Of a stretch of DNA of 64,000 bases, positions 39,001 through 49,260 are shown in pieces (within the stretch, counting starts at the first letter, position 1; each line of letters opens with the position of its first letter). The stretch spans positions 192,001 through 256,000 of the forward strand of contig CAXNJO010000005.1 in the NCBI GenBank assembly GCA_964202905.1, read 5' to 3'. Source of the stretch: Polyangiales bacterium. GTDB lineage: Bacteria > Myxococcota_A > Polyangia > Polyangiales > JADJQN01. A program made the position numbers and the translations under genes. The notes beneath the pieces were generated by a model that did no database searches, was not told the origin of the DNA, and was given only the letters and a program-made list of their open reading frames with translations.

Positions 39001-39271
39001 GGTCCGCGCCCGTACGACGCGCGAGGCGGGGAGCGTCATCGTGCGCGTCGATGGCGGCGCGCCGTTGCAACTCGGTTGCATCTCGTCGCGCAGTTGGCAG
39101 TGGGTGCGGCTCGACTGCGGCACGTCAAGCGCCGCGACGGTCACGCTGCCGGCCGACCGGCGCGCGTCGATCCGCGTCTCTCCGAGCCACGGCGGCATCG
39201 AGCTCGACCGCGTGGTCGTCACGCCCGACACGGGCTGCATCGCCGCATCCGCGAGCTGCACCTGCGGGTGA
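36005..39271 (+). CDS. Large lipoprotein: Asp-rich linker, LamG-like domain, unknown catalytic-size domain, C-terminal CBM-like domain
   Basis: LGAC lipobox; DADxxR repeats; DGAFHHLAF..LHIDG..VDELGLYARAL (LamG); YAVWVRAR..VRVDG..WQW..IELDRVVVT (CBM-like). Confidence 0.75.
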   Translation: MRRTPWHGRFAARVALLGFAALPLGACEGRITAGLPDADTTRDADVMSDADTGRDADVATDADATRDAHIATDADTTRDAGTTLDADLLVDADAPDADIPRDAGTPDATVVPGPVCAEPVPPAPLVDLPCAPIAAPAGCIAGPYAPVLRWSFDPGATTVDAAGARNVGSGLRAVADPEAVGGGFAFVNDPDVPQSAGSGTLVAAGGAATLELLVRFRTPLDWSGSAGAGRGGRTELLNLAASAATLELAWQRDEITFAVSGSRARFTMREGGVASWAALADGAFHHLAFVFTPRSADLEVALHIDGESADVHRATLTGTALPAITRVSFGNRTYDPRGLDVDELGLYARALPATLIAQHAREAAALRPFSDVDACAPRTCTRPTNTDALVPALQAPGYDPARLYAPSVSPTTQFTSAPLPGHKRGHTMPRFVASWITSYLANGDDPDPLTRAPEAHQLAADTFRAPMAEELATHWNYGLGAGLSGEANARPDTNPYVSLLRSAPREWPIDTGTGGADEGRGRLGIENAAGMRLGLSPGDGLTGYRAYGASRATALAALETRIRRPIDLYYIDLEGESFTTFERVRDPALLALPANATANADCARRGLALRPCLAAAITEYRNAIAEGATSMLASAPAVHFYEVDGNENFRGDFRYTRQQNDPTPTRVDPRSDESDGWRPSTSSLYPLNPTRLYETVGAGHGLAWLFEARAYEIAQGSRYAMPYVAAGWSYNEHENIRPPQWLGFLQIAGVTGALHTIPAFFVIPSAVGSGTCSWGVCNDAECMGDATCRAQTVQNPNHRAWQALMPSYAQGALSHAEELLRDPASVWLGELPTSGPHVVGTARRLGTRTLIALLHLTHGNDTARFARTASHAWVGVDDDGVPTTPPVALRLEARAQGSLYLYDRGTAGALPTLVQLDAWHEVVHPAQWSQAITREAEVADASADVVVGTDPVTGGDYTRFDSFVRVAPGRAGETFGTAATAPYVEHDAESREGGAYAVWVRARTTREAGSVIVRVDGGAPLQLGCISSRSWQWVRLDCGTSSAATVTLPADRRASIRVSPSHGGIELDRVVVTPDTGCIAASASCTCG
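36113..36330 (+). repeat. Degenerate 18-bp repeat (DADxxx) linker
   Basis: DADTTR DADVMS DADTGR DADVAT DADATR... Confidence 0.75.
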
Positions 39272-39301
39272 GCGCGACGCGCGGGACGACGCGCCCCGCG
39301 C

Positions 39302-41762
39302 TCAGAAACCGGGGTCGCTGATCACGGTCGGACGCGCGCCGGTGCGCCCGCTCCGACCGGCCTGCGCAGGGCGCGTAGAAGCCGGACGCGACGGGCGCGC
39401 CGCGGCGGGACGCGCGGGGCGCGCTGCACCGGGTGAACCACCGCGCACGGCCGGCGGCGCGGCCGCGCGCGCGGCGACGAGGGCTCGACGGGCGCCGCCG
39501 CCTGTGGCGCGGGCTCGACGGGCGCCGCCGCCTGTGGCGCGGGCTCGACGGGCGCCTCCGCCTGCGGCGCGGGCTCGACGGGCGCTTCCGCCTGTGGTGC
39601 CTCCGCGACGGGCGCGTCCGCCTGTGGCGCGGGCCCGACGGGCGCAGCGCCCTGTGCCCCCTCGTCCGCCGAAGGCGGGGCCTCGACGGTGCTCGGCGCG
39701 GCGGCGACCGGTGCCACGGGCGTCACGGCCGAGCCCTCCGCGGCGGTCGCGTCGGACGCCCCCGGCTCCTGCGCCGCATCCCCCCCCGACATCGACCACA
39801 CGCCGAGCGCGAGCACCGCGACGGCCGCGAGCGCCGCCGGGATCATCCACATCGGCCGCGCCGCGACGGGCACGCGCAGCGGCGCATCGTCCTCCTCGGC
39901 TTCGTCCGCGCGCGGCACCTCCCGCGGCGTCGCTGCGCGTGCAGGCGCAGGCGCAGGCGCAGGCGCAGCCAACGCAGCCGCGGGCGGCGCCGCAGCCACC
40001 GGTGTCCCCTCCGGCGACGGCGACGCGCCCTTCACCGTCGTCACCTCGCTCACGTCCCCGAGCGCCATCGGCGCGTCGGGCGATGGCTCCTGCGCCGACG
40101 GCGACGCGCCCTTCACCGTCGTCACCTCGCTCACGTCCCCGAGCGCCATCGCGCCGACGACCGGCGTCGCCAGCGGCGACGGCGACGCCTCCTTCACCGT
40201 CGTCACCTCGCTCACGTCCCCGAGCGCCATCGCGCCGACGACCGGCGTCGCCAGCGGCGACGGCGACGCGCCCTTCACCGTCGTCACCTCGCTCACGTCC
40301 CCGAGCGCCATCGCGCCGACGACCGGCGTCGCCAGCGGCGACGGCGACGCCCCCTTCACCGTCGTCACCTCGCTCACGTCCCCGAGCCCCATCGGCGCGT
40401 CGGGCGCAGGCTCCTGCGCGGCGGCCGGCTCCGCCGCGACGAACGTCGGAGGCAGCGGTCGTTGCGCCCTCGAACAACCTCGGACTTGCGCGGGCGAATC
40501 GACCGCAACGGCCTATTTCGATGCGGCGCATCGTCGACCGCGGGCACGGCATCCGGCGCTGATTCCGGCCCGGAGGACGCCATCGTTGCGCCCGCGGAAA
40601 CCTCGTCCGGGGTGCCCGGTGCCGCGAGCGCGTCGCTCGGCGCGACGCTCGCTGCGTCAGGGGCCGAGGCCGCGGAGCCGGAGGGCGCAGGCGCGCCCAC
40701 CGAGACCACCGCGCCGGCCAGCGGCAGCGCCCGCGCGGGCAGCGCGGCGCGCGGACCGGGCAGCGGCTTCGAGGTCCCACTGAGCGTGGGCTTCGACGCA
40801 CCGCTGGGCATGGGCTTCGACACACCGCCGAGCATCGGCTTCGCCGCGGCTGCGGGCTCCGTCGAGTCCGACGCGGCGGTCGGCGAGCGCGGCCCGGCGG
40901 GCAGCTCGAGCGCGGCCGTCGCCCGGCTCATCAGCAGGCACGTTTTGAGGGCACGGGCGAACGCCGCGCCGTCGGCGAAACGCCGCGCAGGGTCCGCGCC
41001 GAGCGCGCGATCGAGGATGGCCGCGTAGCCGGCGAGCTCGCGCTTCACCGCACCGAGGCCGGGGGGCCGCCGTGTGCGCACGGCCTCGAGGAGGCTGCCC
41101 GCATCGGGCGCGACGTGGGGCGGGCGCCCGGCGAACACGGCGAAGCACACGGCGCCGAGCGAGTAGAGGTCCGCGGCCGGGCTCGCCGGCACCTCGCCGC
41201 GCAGCTGCTCGGGCGCGGCGTAGGCGTAGCCGTGCTGGAGCGAGGCGAGCGAGGTGCGCGCGGCGGCGTCGGAGCCGATGCCGGCCCGCGCGTCGGCGCG
41301 GTTCAGCGCGAGCCCGATGATCTTCGCGACCTCTTGCCCCTTCGGCCCCGCGAGGAAGACGTTGCCCGGCTCGACGTCGCCGTGCGCGATGCCCGCGGCG
41401 TGCAGCGCGCCGAGCCCCTCCGCGGCGCCCGCGAGCCACTCGACCGCGCGTTCGACGCGCAACGCCGACTGCGCGACGCGCGCCGCGAGGCTCTCGCCCT
41501 CGAGCAGCTCGAGCACGAGAAAAGGCGTCCCTTCGGCCGTGTCGCCGCGATCGAGCGCGCGGACGACGTTCGGGTGTTGGACGCCCATGAGCCGCTCTGC
41601 GTGGTCCCGGAAGCGTGCGCGCACGGCGTCCCCGGCCTCCGCCTCCAGCGTCAGCACGGCGACGGACGTGCCCGTCTCGGTGTCGTGCGCGGTCCAGACG
41701 GAGCCGAGTTCGTTCTCGCCGAGCGGCAGGCGAAGCGTGTATCGTTCCTCGAAGGGCTTCAC
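39302..41762 (-). CDS. Ser/Thr protein kinase-like (pseudokinase) with repeat linker and TM; frameshifts near 40510 and 39480
   Basis: QHPNVV, FLVLELLEGESL, HGDVEPGNVFL, YAAPEQ, ADLYSLG; TM helix; VISDPGF* C-terminus typical of myxobacterial kinases. Confidence 0.82.
39481..39660. repeat. 30-bp tandem repeat (APQA[AE]APVEP)
   Basis: GGGCTCGACGGGCGCCGCCGCCTGTGGCGC-type units at 39481, 39511, 39541, 39571 plus degenerate copies. Confidence 0.88.
40016..40394. repeat. 81-bp tandem repeat x5 (MALGDVSEVTTVKGASPS + 9 aa)
   Basis: Near-identical 55-bp core at 40016, 40097, 40178, 40259, 40340. Confidence 0.95.
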
Positions 41763-41812
41763 TCGATCCTTCTAACACGAGGTGTTCTCCCGTGATCTGT
41801 CGGCTCGAACGC

Positions 41813-42576
41813 ATGCTCGCGCTCCTCGTCCTCGGGCTGACGCTCTGGGCCGTCACTCCGGCCTCGGCCCAGAGAGCACGACGCGCGCGGTCCGCCCCGA
41901 CGTCGGTCATCGCAGGCACGCGCACTCTTCGCGGAGGGCGTCGCGCACGTCGAGGCCCGCCGCTTCGCCGAGGCGGAGACCTCGTTCCGCGCGGCGCTCG
42001 CGCTCCGGGATGCGCCGACGATTCGCTACAACCTCGCGTCCGTGCTCTTCGAGCAGGGCGAGTATCCGGAAGCGAACGCACAGATCGAGACCGTGCTCGC
42101 CGACGCGAACGCCCCCGCCGACCTCCGCGCGCACGTGACGACCCTGCGCACCCAGCTGCAGGAGCGGGCAGGCTTCGCGCGGGTCGAGTTGGTGGGGATG
42201 CCCGAGGCCGCGGTCGCGGTCGACGGCTTCCGCCTCGCCGACGTGCGGCTCGAGCTGCCGCTCGCGCCCGGTCCGCATCTCGCGATCGCCACGCGCGGCG
42301 ACGCGGAGCTCGCGCGGAGCGCCTTGCAGATCCAGACGGGCCAGCACGCGACGTTCACGCTCGGCGCGCCGGTCCCGGAGCCGGCCGCGCCGGCCCCCGA
42401 ACCCGCGCTCGTCGCCGACGCCGACACGCAGCCCGCTCGTCGAGCAGTGGTGGTTCTGGACGGCCATCGGCGGCGGCGTCGTGCTCTCCGCCGTGCTGAT
42501 CGGCGTCGCGGCCTCGAGCGGCGGCGTCGAAGAGCCCATCCCCGGGAATTTCCAGCCAGGAGTCGTGCGATGGTGA
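41813..42576 (+). CDS. TPR/PEGA-like membrane protein (frameshifted)
   Basis: Signal peptide; QARALFAEG..IRYNLASVL TPR; VAVDG..PLAPGPH PEGA-like; PLVEQWWFWTAIGG TM; PGNFQPGVVRW*. Confidence 0.7.
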
Positions 42577-43666
42577 GATCTCTCTGGGCGTTTCTCGCGT
42601 TCGCACTGCTCGCGGCCTGCTCCACGCCGCGCACGCAGGTGATGCTCGTCGTCGACACCGACCTGCGCGACCCGCGCGGGCTCGATTCCTTCACGGTCGC
42701 GATCACGGGACCGGACGGCGCGACGCGCACCTCGACCGCGATGCTGGGTGCGGGCCAGCCGCCCCTGCCGCGCACGCTCGCGCTCGTCCACGAGGAGGGC
42801 GCGCTCGGCCCGTTCACCGTGCGCGTCGCGGGGAACGTGGGCCCTTCGGAGCGCGTCTCCCGCGGACCGCGCGCTTCACCTTCCAGCCCGAGCGCACGCT
42901 GATGCTGCGCATCGACCTGCTCGGTTCGTGCATCGGCGTGACGTGCGCCGCCGATCAGACGTGCGCCGCGGGCGGCTGCCGCGCCATCGACGTCGCACCG
43001 GCGGAGTTGACCGAGTGGACGGGCACGCCGCCCGCGCTCGACCCGGACGCGTCGACGCCGCCCGTGGATGGCGGTCCGCTCGACGCCAGCAGCGATCGCA
43101 GGCAGCGATGCAGGTACGGACGCGGGCTTCGACGCGGGCACCGACGCGGGCTTCGACGCAGGCACCGATGCGGGCTTCGACGCAGGCACCGACGCGGGCT
43201 CCGACGCGGGCTCCGATGCGGGCTTCGACGCCGGCACCGACGCGGGCTTCGACGCAGGCACCGACGCGAGCTTCGATGCGGGCTTCGACGCAGGCACCGA
43301 TGCGGGTCCGCCCGACCTCGGCGTCGATCTGTGCGCGCCGATGAGCGAGATCTGCAACGGCCTCGACGACGACTGCAATGGGATGATCGACGATGGGGTC
43401 GACACGAGCTCCGACGTGATGAACTGCGGCAGCTGCGGACGCCCGTGCAACTTCCAGAACTCGGCGGGCGGCGTCTGCTCGGGGGGCCGCTGCATGTTGA
43501 CGGGCGCCTGCAATCCGGGCTTCGACAATTGCAACGGTACTCAACCGCGACGGCTGCGAGACCGACCTGAACACCGACGTCCGCAACTGCGGCGGCTGCG
43601 ACGATCGCTGCCGCGAGCGGCCGCGTCTGCTGCGCCGGCACCTGCGCCACGAGCTGCCCTCCCTGA
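42570..43666 (+). CDS. Lipoprotein with DAG linker and Cys-rich repeats (several frameshifts)
   Basis: LLAAC lipobox; TQVMLVVDTDL; EICNGLDDDCNG, NCGSCGRPC, DGCETDL..NCGGC; stop TGA 43664-66. Confidence 0.7.
43107..43310. repeat. 12-bp tandem repeat x17 (DAG[T/F/S])
   Basis: GACGCGGGCTTC / GACGCAGGCACC alternating units. Confidence 0.92.
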
Positions 43667-43677
43667 AGAGGGCGGCG

Positions 43678-44827
43678 TCAGCGGCCGGACGCCCGTGATC
43701 GCACGGAGCGCGGCGCGGGTGGCGTCATCCCAGCGCGTCGCGCGATCCGGCCAGCCGCATGCCGTCAGCGGGCGGCTGTGCCGACCACGAGCAGCGCCCC
43801 CGCGTAGCCGCTCGCCTCGATGTGCGCGAGGCGCTCCGCGAGCGCGTCGGCGGCGCCGAGCTCGGGCCAACCCGCGTGAGCACGTCGAAGCGCGTCGCGA
43901 GCTCGCCGACGAGACACGGACCACCGCGCGGATCGTGGAGCGGCAGGCGCTCGCGGGGTCCCGGGTAGTGGTGCACCTGCCCGAGCCCGAGGCCGAGCCC
44001 CTCGCCGTACGCGAGCCGGCTCAGCGCGTCCCAGGCGCGGCGCGTGGCGTCGCGCACGAAGCCGACCGTCGCCGTCAGCCCCGCCGCGCGGAGCCCCGCG
44101 GCGTGCACGCGCACGAAGTCGAGCATCGCGGGCAGCGGCACCTCCGCGTCCGGTCGCCCGCCGCGCAGCGCGCCGCGCGTGATCCACTCCGGCTCGTTGA
44201 CGATCTCGACCGCATGGAGTCGCGACGCCCGCGCCGCGAGCACGCGCACGAGCGGCGCGATGACGCGCTCGTCGAAGGCCGCGCGCGCATCGGGATCGGT
44301 GAGCGCGGCCGCGCGCAGGCCGGGCACGCCGCGCGAGACGATCGCGCCGCGGTCGTGCGGCGAGTTCGAGGCCGCCCGTCAGCGCGAACAGACCGAACAC
44401 GTCGTCGTAGAACCGCACGTGCGAACGCAGCCGCACGCCCTCTTCGGCGCAGGTGTCGAGCAGCGCGTCGAGGTCCGCGTAGAAGCCCTCGGGGAGCGGC
44501 GCCGCCTCCCAGCGCCAGCGCGCGACGCCCACGTCCCACCGCGGCAGCGGCGCGAGGTTCGCGCCGTTCGCGAGCACGAACCAGCGCAGCAGCGGCAACC
44601 CGAGCGACGACGCCTCACGCACGCGCGCCCGCATCCGCCCACGCCAGCCCGCGCGCCGCGTCCCCTCCGGGTCCCAGCCCGGCGGCGCGGGGCCGAAGTC
44701 CCAGCCGCAGTCGACCCACGGCGCGTTCAGCCCGAGGACGAACGCCTCCCGTTCCGGACGCGGCGGCGCGGGCGTCGAGCGCGCGCGCGCAGTGTTCCGC
44801 GAGGGCCGCGCGCGCGGTCGGACTCAT
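43678..44827 (-). CDS. Clan GH-A glycoside hydrolase-like protein, fragmented by frameshifts
   Basis: LGLNAPW..GWDFG, LRWFVL, EIVNEPEW (acid/base), QVHHY, LVGE (nucleophile) spread over several frames; ends approximate. Confidence 0.6.
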
Positions 44828-44946
44828 CGCCCGACTCGCTGCGACTGTCGCGACCTCGACGGCATGCGTCGCGCTGCGTACCACGACCCGCCGCGCCCGC
44901 GCCGCGGGACTTCGGCGAATCGGGGGGCCGCCGCCGGCGCGTGGCA

Positions 44947-45888
44947 TCAGAGCCCGAGCGCGGCCAAGACCTGCGGGATGCGCGCGCGCTCGTCGTCGGG
45001 CAGGTAGGGCGCCCCCACGGAGGCTCCGGCGGCCGAGGCGATCTGCGCGGGGCTGCGCGCGCCGACCGCGCACGCCGTGACGTGCTCGCTCGCGAGGACG
45101 AAGCGCAGCGCGGCGTCCGCGGGCGTGCTCACGGGGCCGTGCACGAGGAAGCCGAGCTGCCCGACCGCGGCGAGGCGCCGTGCGAGCGCGGCGTCGTCCC
45201 AGCGCCGCACGCGGTGATCACCCTCCGTGAAGGGCTCGTGCGCGGAGATCGCGCCCGCGAGCAACCCGTACGCGAGCGGCGAGCGCACGATCACGCCCGC
45301 GCCCGTCACCGCGAGGTCCGCGACGAGATCGTCGAGCAGATCCGAGGCGAGGACGTTGTGCACGAGGCCGAGCGCCTGCGCGCCCGCCGAGAGCGCGAGC
45401 CGCGCCTCGAGCGCGGTGCCGACGCACACCCCCCACGCGCGGATCTTGCCCGCCGCGAGCAGCGCGTCGGCCGCCTCCGCGGGCTCGCCGGAGCGCAGCG
45501 CGGCCTCGTCGAGACCTTGAAAAAGAAGGACATCGAGGCGATCGGTGCCGAGCCGCGCGAGCGAGGTCTCGCAGCCCGCGACGAGCGCCGCACGCGAGGT
45601 CCGCGCGACGATCGCATCCCCTTCCCGCACGAGCCCCGCCCGCGTGACGTATGCGCACTCGGCGCGCGACGAGGCCGTGAGCCGCCCCACGACGCGCTCC
45701 GACGCGCCGTCCGCGCCCCAGAGCGGCGAGACGTCGAAGGTCCGCACGCCCACCTCGAGCGCGCGCCCCACGGTCGCCTCGAAGCGTGCGGGCGCGATGG
45801 GCCCGTAGCTCTCCGCCGCGAGCCCCCACGTGCCGAGCGCGATCTCCGTGAGGCGCACGTCCGAGGCGCCGAGGCTGCGGCTGAGCAT
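44947..45888 (-). CDS. Aldo/keto reductase
   Basis: IALGTWGL, SLARLGTDRLD, GKIRAWGV, RSPLAYGLL, AALRFVL; several catalytic residues look divergent. Confidence 0.85.
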   Translation of the reverse strand: MLSRSLGASDVRLTEIALGTWGLAAESYGPIAPARFEATVGRALEVGVRTFDVSPLWGADGASERVVGRLTASSRAECAYVTRAGLVREGDAIVARTSRAALVAGCETSLARLGTDRLDVLLFQGLDEAALRSGEPAEAADALLAAGKIRAWGVCVGTALEARLALSAGAQALGLVHNVLASDLLDDLVADLAVTGAGVIVRSPLAYGLLAGAISAHEPFTEGDHRVRRWDDAALARRLAAVGQLGFLVHGPVSTPADAALRFVLASEHVTACAVGARSPAQIASAAGASVGAPYLPDDERARIPQVLAALGL

Positions 45889-46013
45889 CGGCTGCGACTC
45901 CTACGCGCGCACTCCGGAGGGCGCAAGCCGTGTCCGCTCCCGGACGTCCCGTCGCGGCGTCACGCGACGGCGCAGCGCCTGACGATCGCACGGCGTCGGG
46001 CGACGGCGCGGCG

Positions 46014-46757
46014 TCACACGAGGATGTCGACGAGGACGCCCGGGGGCGCGCCGGGGACCATGCCCGGTGGCAGTTCGTCGCGCGCCTCCGACCCGCCGGT
46101 GCGCATCTCGGACGCCTCGCGCGCACGCCTCTCGGCCCCGCCCCCGGCGCGCATCCCGGACGCGTCGCGGACACGCCTCTCGGACCCGTCGCGGGCGCGC
46201 GTCTCGGACGCCTCGCGGGCGCGCATCCCGGGCAGCTCGTCCGGATCCGCGTCGCCCTCCGCGCCGGGGATCTCCCCCGCGGCCCGCTCGACCTCCTGAA
46301 GCTCGTCGAGCTGTTCGGCGACGCGCTTCACACGCCGCGGGTCCTCCTTGGAGACCGTCTTTCCGCGGTTCAGCGACTCCCACGCCTCGACGAGCGCGAG
46401 GACGCCTTTCACGACGCGGGGCAGATCCTTGAGGTCCGCGGTGCGCTTCAGCGAGACGGCCGCGAACTTCCGCAGGAGCTCCTTCTGCTCGGGCGAGAGC
46501 CGCGCATTGGAGATCCGCGACTCGACCATGCGCGCGATCTCGTCCGGACGCTTGGGCGCCTCGCCCTCGCCCGGCGCCGCGTCGCCGGTCTGCGTCGTCG
46601 GAAGCCCGGACCGCTCGGGCTCCCGCTCATCCTCACCCGCCCGCTGCTGCGCGTCGCGCGTGTCCCGCAGCTTCTGCACGCGCGCCGCATCCGCGGGCAG
46701 CGCACCGAGCGGCTGGCTCGCAGGAAGCTCGGGTCGCGGTGGGAACGAGACGCGCAC
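46014..46757 (-). CDS. Hypothetical protein with 8-aa repeats and C-terminal GxLVDI motif
   Basis: Helical core; MRAREASE-type repeats; ends PGVLVDILV. Confidence 0.6.
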   Translation of the reverse strand: MRVSFPPRPELPASQPLGALPADAARVQKLRDTRDAQQRAGEDEREPERSGLPTTQTGDAAPGEGEAPKRPDEIARMVESRISNARLSPEQKELLRKFAAVSLKRTADLKDLPRVVKGVLALVEAWESLNRGKTVSKEDPRRVKRVAEQLDELQEVERAAGEIPGAEGDADPDELPGMRAREASETRARDGSERRVRDASGMRAGGGAERRAREASEMRTGGSEARDELPPGMVPGAPPGVLVDILV

Positions 46758-46889
46758 CGCGGGGAGCCTAACCGATCGCGAGACACGGTGGGAACACCCC
46801 CCGGACGCCGGCCCACGGCCGATCTCTCGCGCCCGCTCGGCCGCCCCGGGCGCCGCTGCCGTTGCGCGCGCGGTCGCGGCGCTGTCACG

Positions 46890-48371
46890 ATGGCCGCGAT
46901 GTCACGCGCCCGTCACCCCACGCGCTCCGCCTCCGCGACCGCCGCCGCGCTCGCCCTCGCCCTCGCGGCGTGCGGCGACGACGACGCGCTCACCCCGGAC
47001 GCCGGCCCACCCGACGCCGGCGCGCCCGACGCGGGCCCGCCGCTCCCGTCCTGGCCGCGCGCGCTCCCCGCGACGTCCGACCTCGGCGCGGTGCGCGGCC
47101 TGCGCGTGATGCGCAGCATCGTGCACGCGCACTCGCCGCTCTCGCACGACGCCTGCGACGGCGAGGGCTTCGCCGACGGGATGCTGCTCGACGCGCCCTG
47201 CCTCGAGAACCTCCGCGCGTCGGTCTGCACGCTGCGCCTCGACGCGCTGAACCTCACCGATCACGCGGAGCACCTCTACGAGGTCACGCACGAGGCGAAG
47301 TTCTGGAAGCGCCCCGGCGACGTCGAGGAGCGCACTGACGCGGGCGAGCTCGCGGCCGTGCGCTGGGACTGCGGCGACGGCACGAACGTGCTCGTGACCG
47401 TCGGCACCGAGAACGCGCTCATGCCCGTCGGGCTGGTGCGTCACCCCGTCGACTCCACCGATCAGGACGTGCTCGCCGCGGCCTACCGCGCGAACGGCCC
47501 CGACGCCGTCGCACGCTTCCACGACGCGGGCGGCCTCGTCTTCGTCGCGCACACCGAGGGCCGCGCGCTCGACGAGCTGCGCACGCTCGGCATGGACGGC
47601 GTCGAGATCTACAACATCCACGCGAACGTCGACCCCGACATCCGCGTCGAGTTCCTCGGGCTCGGCGCCGCCGACTACCTGATGAACGTGCTCGCGTTCA
47701 CGTCGCCGACGAGCCGCCTCGCGCCGGACCTCGCCTTCCTCGGCTTCTTCGAGGAGAACCAGAACGACCTCGACAAGTGGGACACGCTGCTCGCCGAGGG
47801 CTTGCAGGTGACCGGCATCAACGGCTGCGACGCCCACGAGAACACGTTTCCCCAGCTCATGCGCGACGGCGAGCGCGTCGACAGCTACCGCCGGATGATG
47901 CGCTGGGCGACGCTGCACCTGCGCGTGCCCGAGCCCACGCTCGCCGCGCAGCGCGAGGCGCTCGACGCGGGGCGCGGCTACGTCGCCTTCGAGGTCTTCG
48001 GCTCGCCCGTGGGCTTCGACTTCCACGCGACCTCCGACGGCGGCGCGACGCACGAGATGGGCGACGTCGCGCCCGCGGGCGCCACGCTGCGCGTCACGCG
48101 CCCGAGCCTCTCGCCCGACGTGCCCGACGCCGCGCTCGCGCTCGTCTCGCTGCGCATCCTCAAGTCGGAGGTCGGCGGCGCGGTCGAGGTCGCGCAGGGC
48201 GCCGGCGAGGCGCTCGAGTTCGTCGCGACCGAGCCGGGCGTCTACCGCGCCGAGGCGCGCATCGTGCCGGAGCATGCGCGGCCGTACCTGGGCCGCCTCG
48301 CCGACGCGCTCGTGCACGACTACGCGTGGATCTACGCGAATCCGATCTACGTCGGCGCGACGCCGCGCTGA
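46890..48371 (+). CDS. PHP-domain metallohydrolase lipoprotein (CehA/McbA-like)
   Basis: LAAC lipobox; VHAHS..SHD, LTDH, FVAH, GVEIYN, GCDAH, YRAE..WIYANPIY. Confidence 0.82.
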   Translation: MAAMSRARHPTRSASATAAALALALAACGDDDALTPDAGPPDAGAPDAGPPLPSWPRALPATSDLGAVRGLRVMRSIVHAHSPLSHDACDGEGFADGMLLDAPCLENLRASVCTLRLDALNLTDHAEHLYEVTHEAKFWKRPGDVEERTDAGELAAVRWDCGDGTNVLVTVGTENALMPVGLVRHPVDSTDQDVLAAAYRANGPDAVARFHDAGGLVFVAHTEGRALDELRTLGMDGVEIYNIHANVDPDIRVEFLGLGAADYLMNVLAFTSPTSRLAPDLAFLGFFEENQNDLDKWDTLLAEGLQVTGINGCDAHENTFPQLMRDGERVDSYRRMMRWATLHLRVPEPTLAAQREALDAGRGYVAFEVFGSPVGFDFHATSDGGATHEMGDVAPAGATLRVTRPSLSPDVPDAALALVSLRILKSEVGGAVEVAQGAGEALEFVATEPGVYRAEARIVPEHARPYLGRLADALVHDYAWIYANPIYVGATPR

Positions 48372-49260
48372 TCGGGCGCGGCGAGCCCCATGCCGACGGC
48401 GAAGCCCATCGTGTAGCGGGCATTCACGTCGCAGCACGCGCAGAAGACCGCGCCGCCCGCGACGTCGCGGTAGCGGAACGCGTCGATGCCGAAAGGCCCG
48501 AAATACCCCGCGTTCGCGAGCGCGCGTCCGGCCTCGGCGAGCGCCCCGCGGAGCGCGGCGTGCTCGGCCTCGGCGAGCTCGCCGGGGGTGGCGATCCGCG
48601 AGCCACGCCACGCGTCGCCGACGTCGATCGTCTGCGCCGTCGGCGCGCCCTCGGTGAGCACGCCATCGACCGCGAGCGTCGCGTGCAGCGCGTAGTCGCC
48701 GAGCCGCTCGACCCACGGGCTGAGCTGCACGCCGCCCGTCTTGCGGAGCGCCGCGTCGAGCCACGCGACGTCCTCCGCGCGCACGTGCCCCGCCTGCACG
48801 CGGCGGTGCCCGCGCCCCGCGGCGCCGAGCGCGCGCTTGCAGAGCCAGAGCCCCGTCGGCGTCGGCGCGGCGAGCACCGCGAGCGCCGCGTCGCGCGTCC
48901 GCACGAAGCACGCGCCCTCGAGCTTCGGCAGCAACAGATCACGCTCGTTCGCGCGGCGCAGCACCGCGAGCGGCGGCGCCGGGGGCGGCACGCTGCCGCT
49001 CAGCGCGAGCCGCGAGCGGGCGTACGGCGTCGGCATGAAGGCCGCGCCGGGCAGTCCGCGCGCGCGTCGGTCGTCGCGGACGCCGAGCGCGGCGTCGAGC
49101 ACGACGTCGCCCTCGCGCACGAGCCCCGCGCGCAGGCCGATCTCCGCCAACTCCGCGCGCCGCGCGAGCGAGGGCCCTCGGTACACCGACCCGCGCGCGA
49201 GCTCGTCCTCGGCGTCGAGGTTGAGCACCCACGCGACCGGCGGCCCGACGCGCAGCTCAC
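48347..49260 (-). CDS. ATP-grasp-like ligase (start uncertain)
   Basis: WLCKRALGAAGRG, VQLSPWV, GYFGPFGIDAF, DVNARYTMG. Confidence 0.7.

Noticed and set aside
40016..40394. CRISPR-like array (55-bp conserved unit + 26-bp spacers)
   Set aside because: Spacers repeat each other, the 81-bp period is a multiple of 3 and in frame within a kinase gene, and there are no cas genes
46023..46299. Plus-strand RISDASRA-repeat peptide
   Set aside because: Antisense reading of the repeat in the 46014-46757 gene; no independent support
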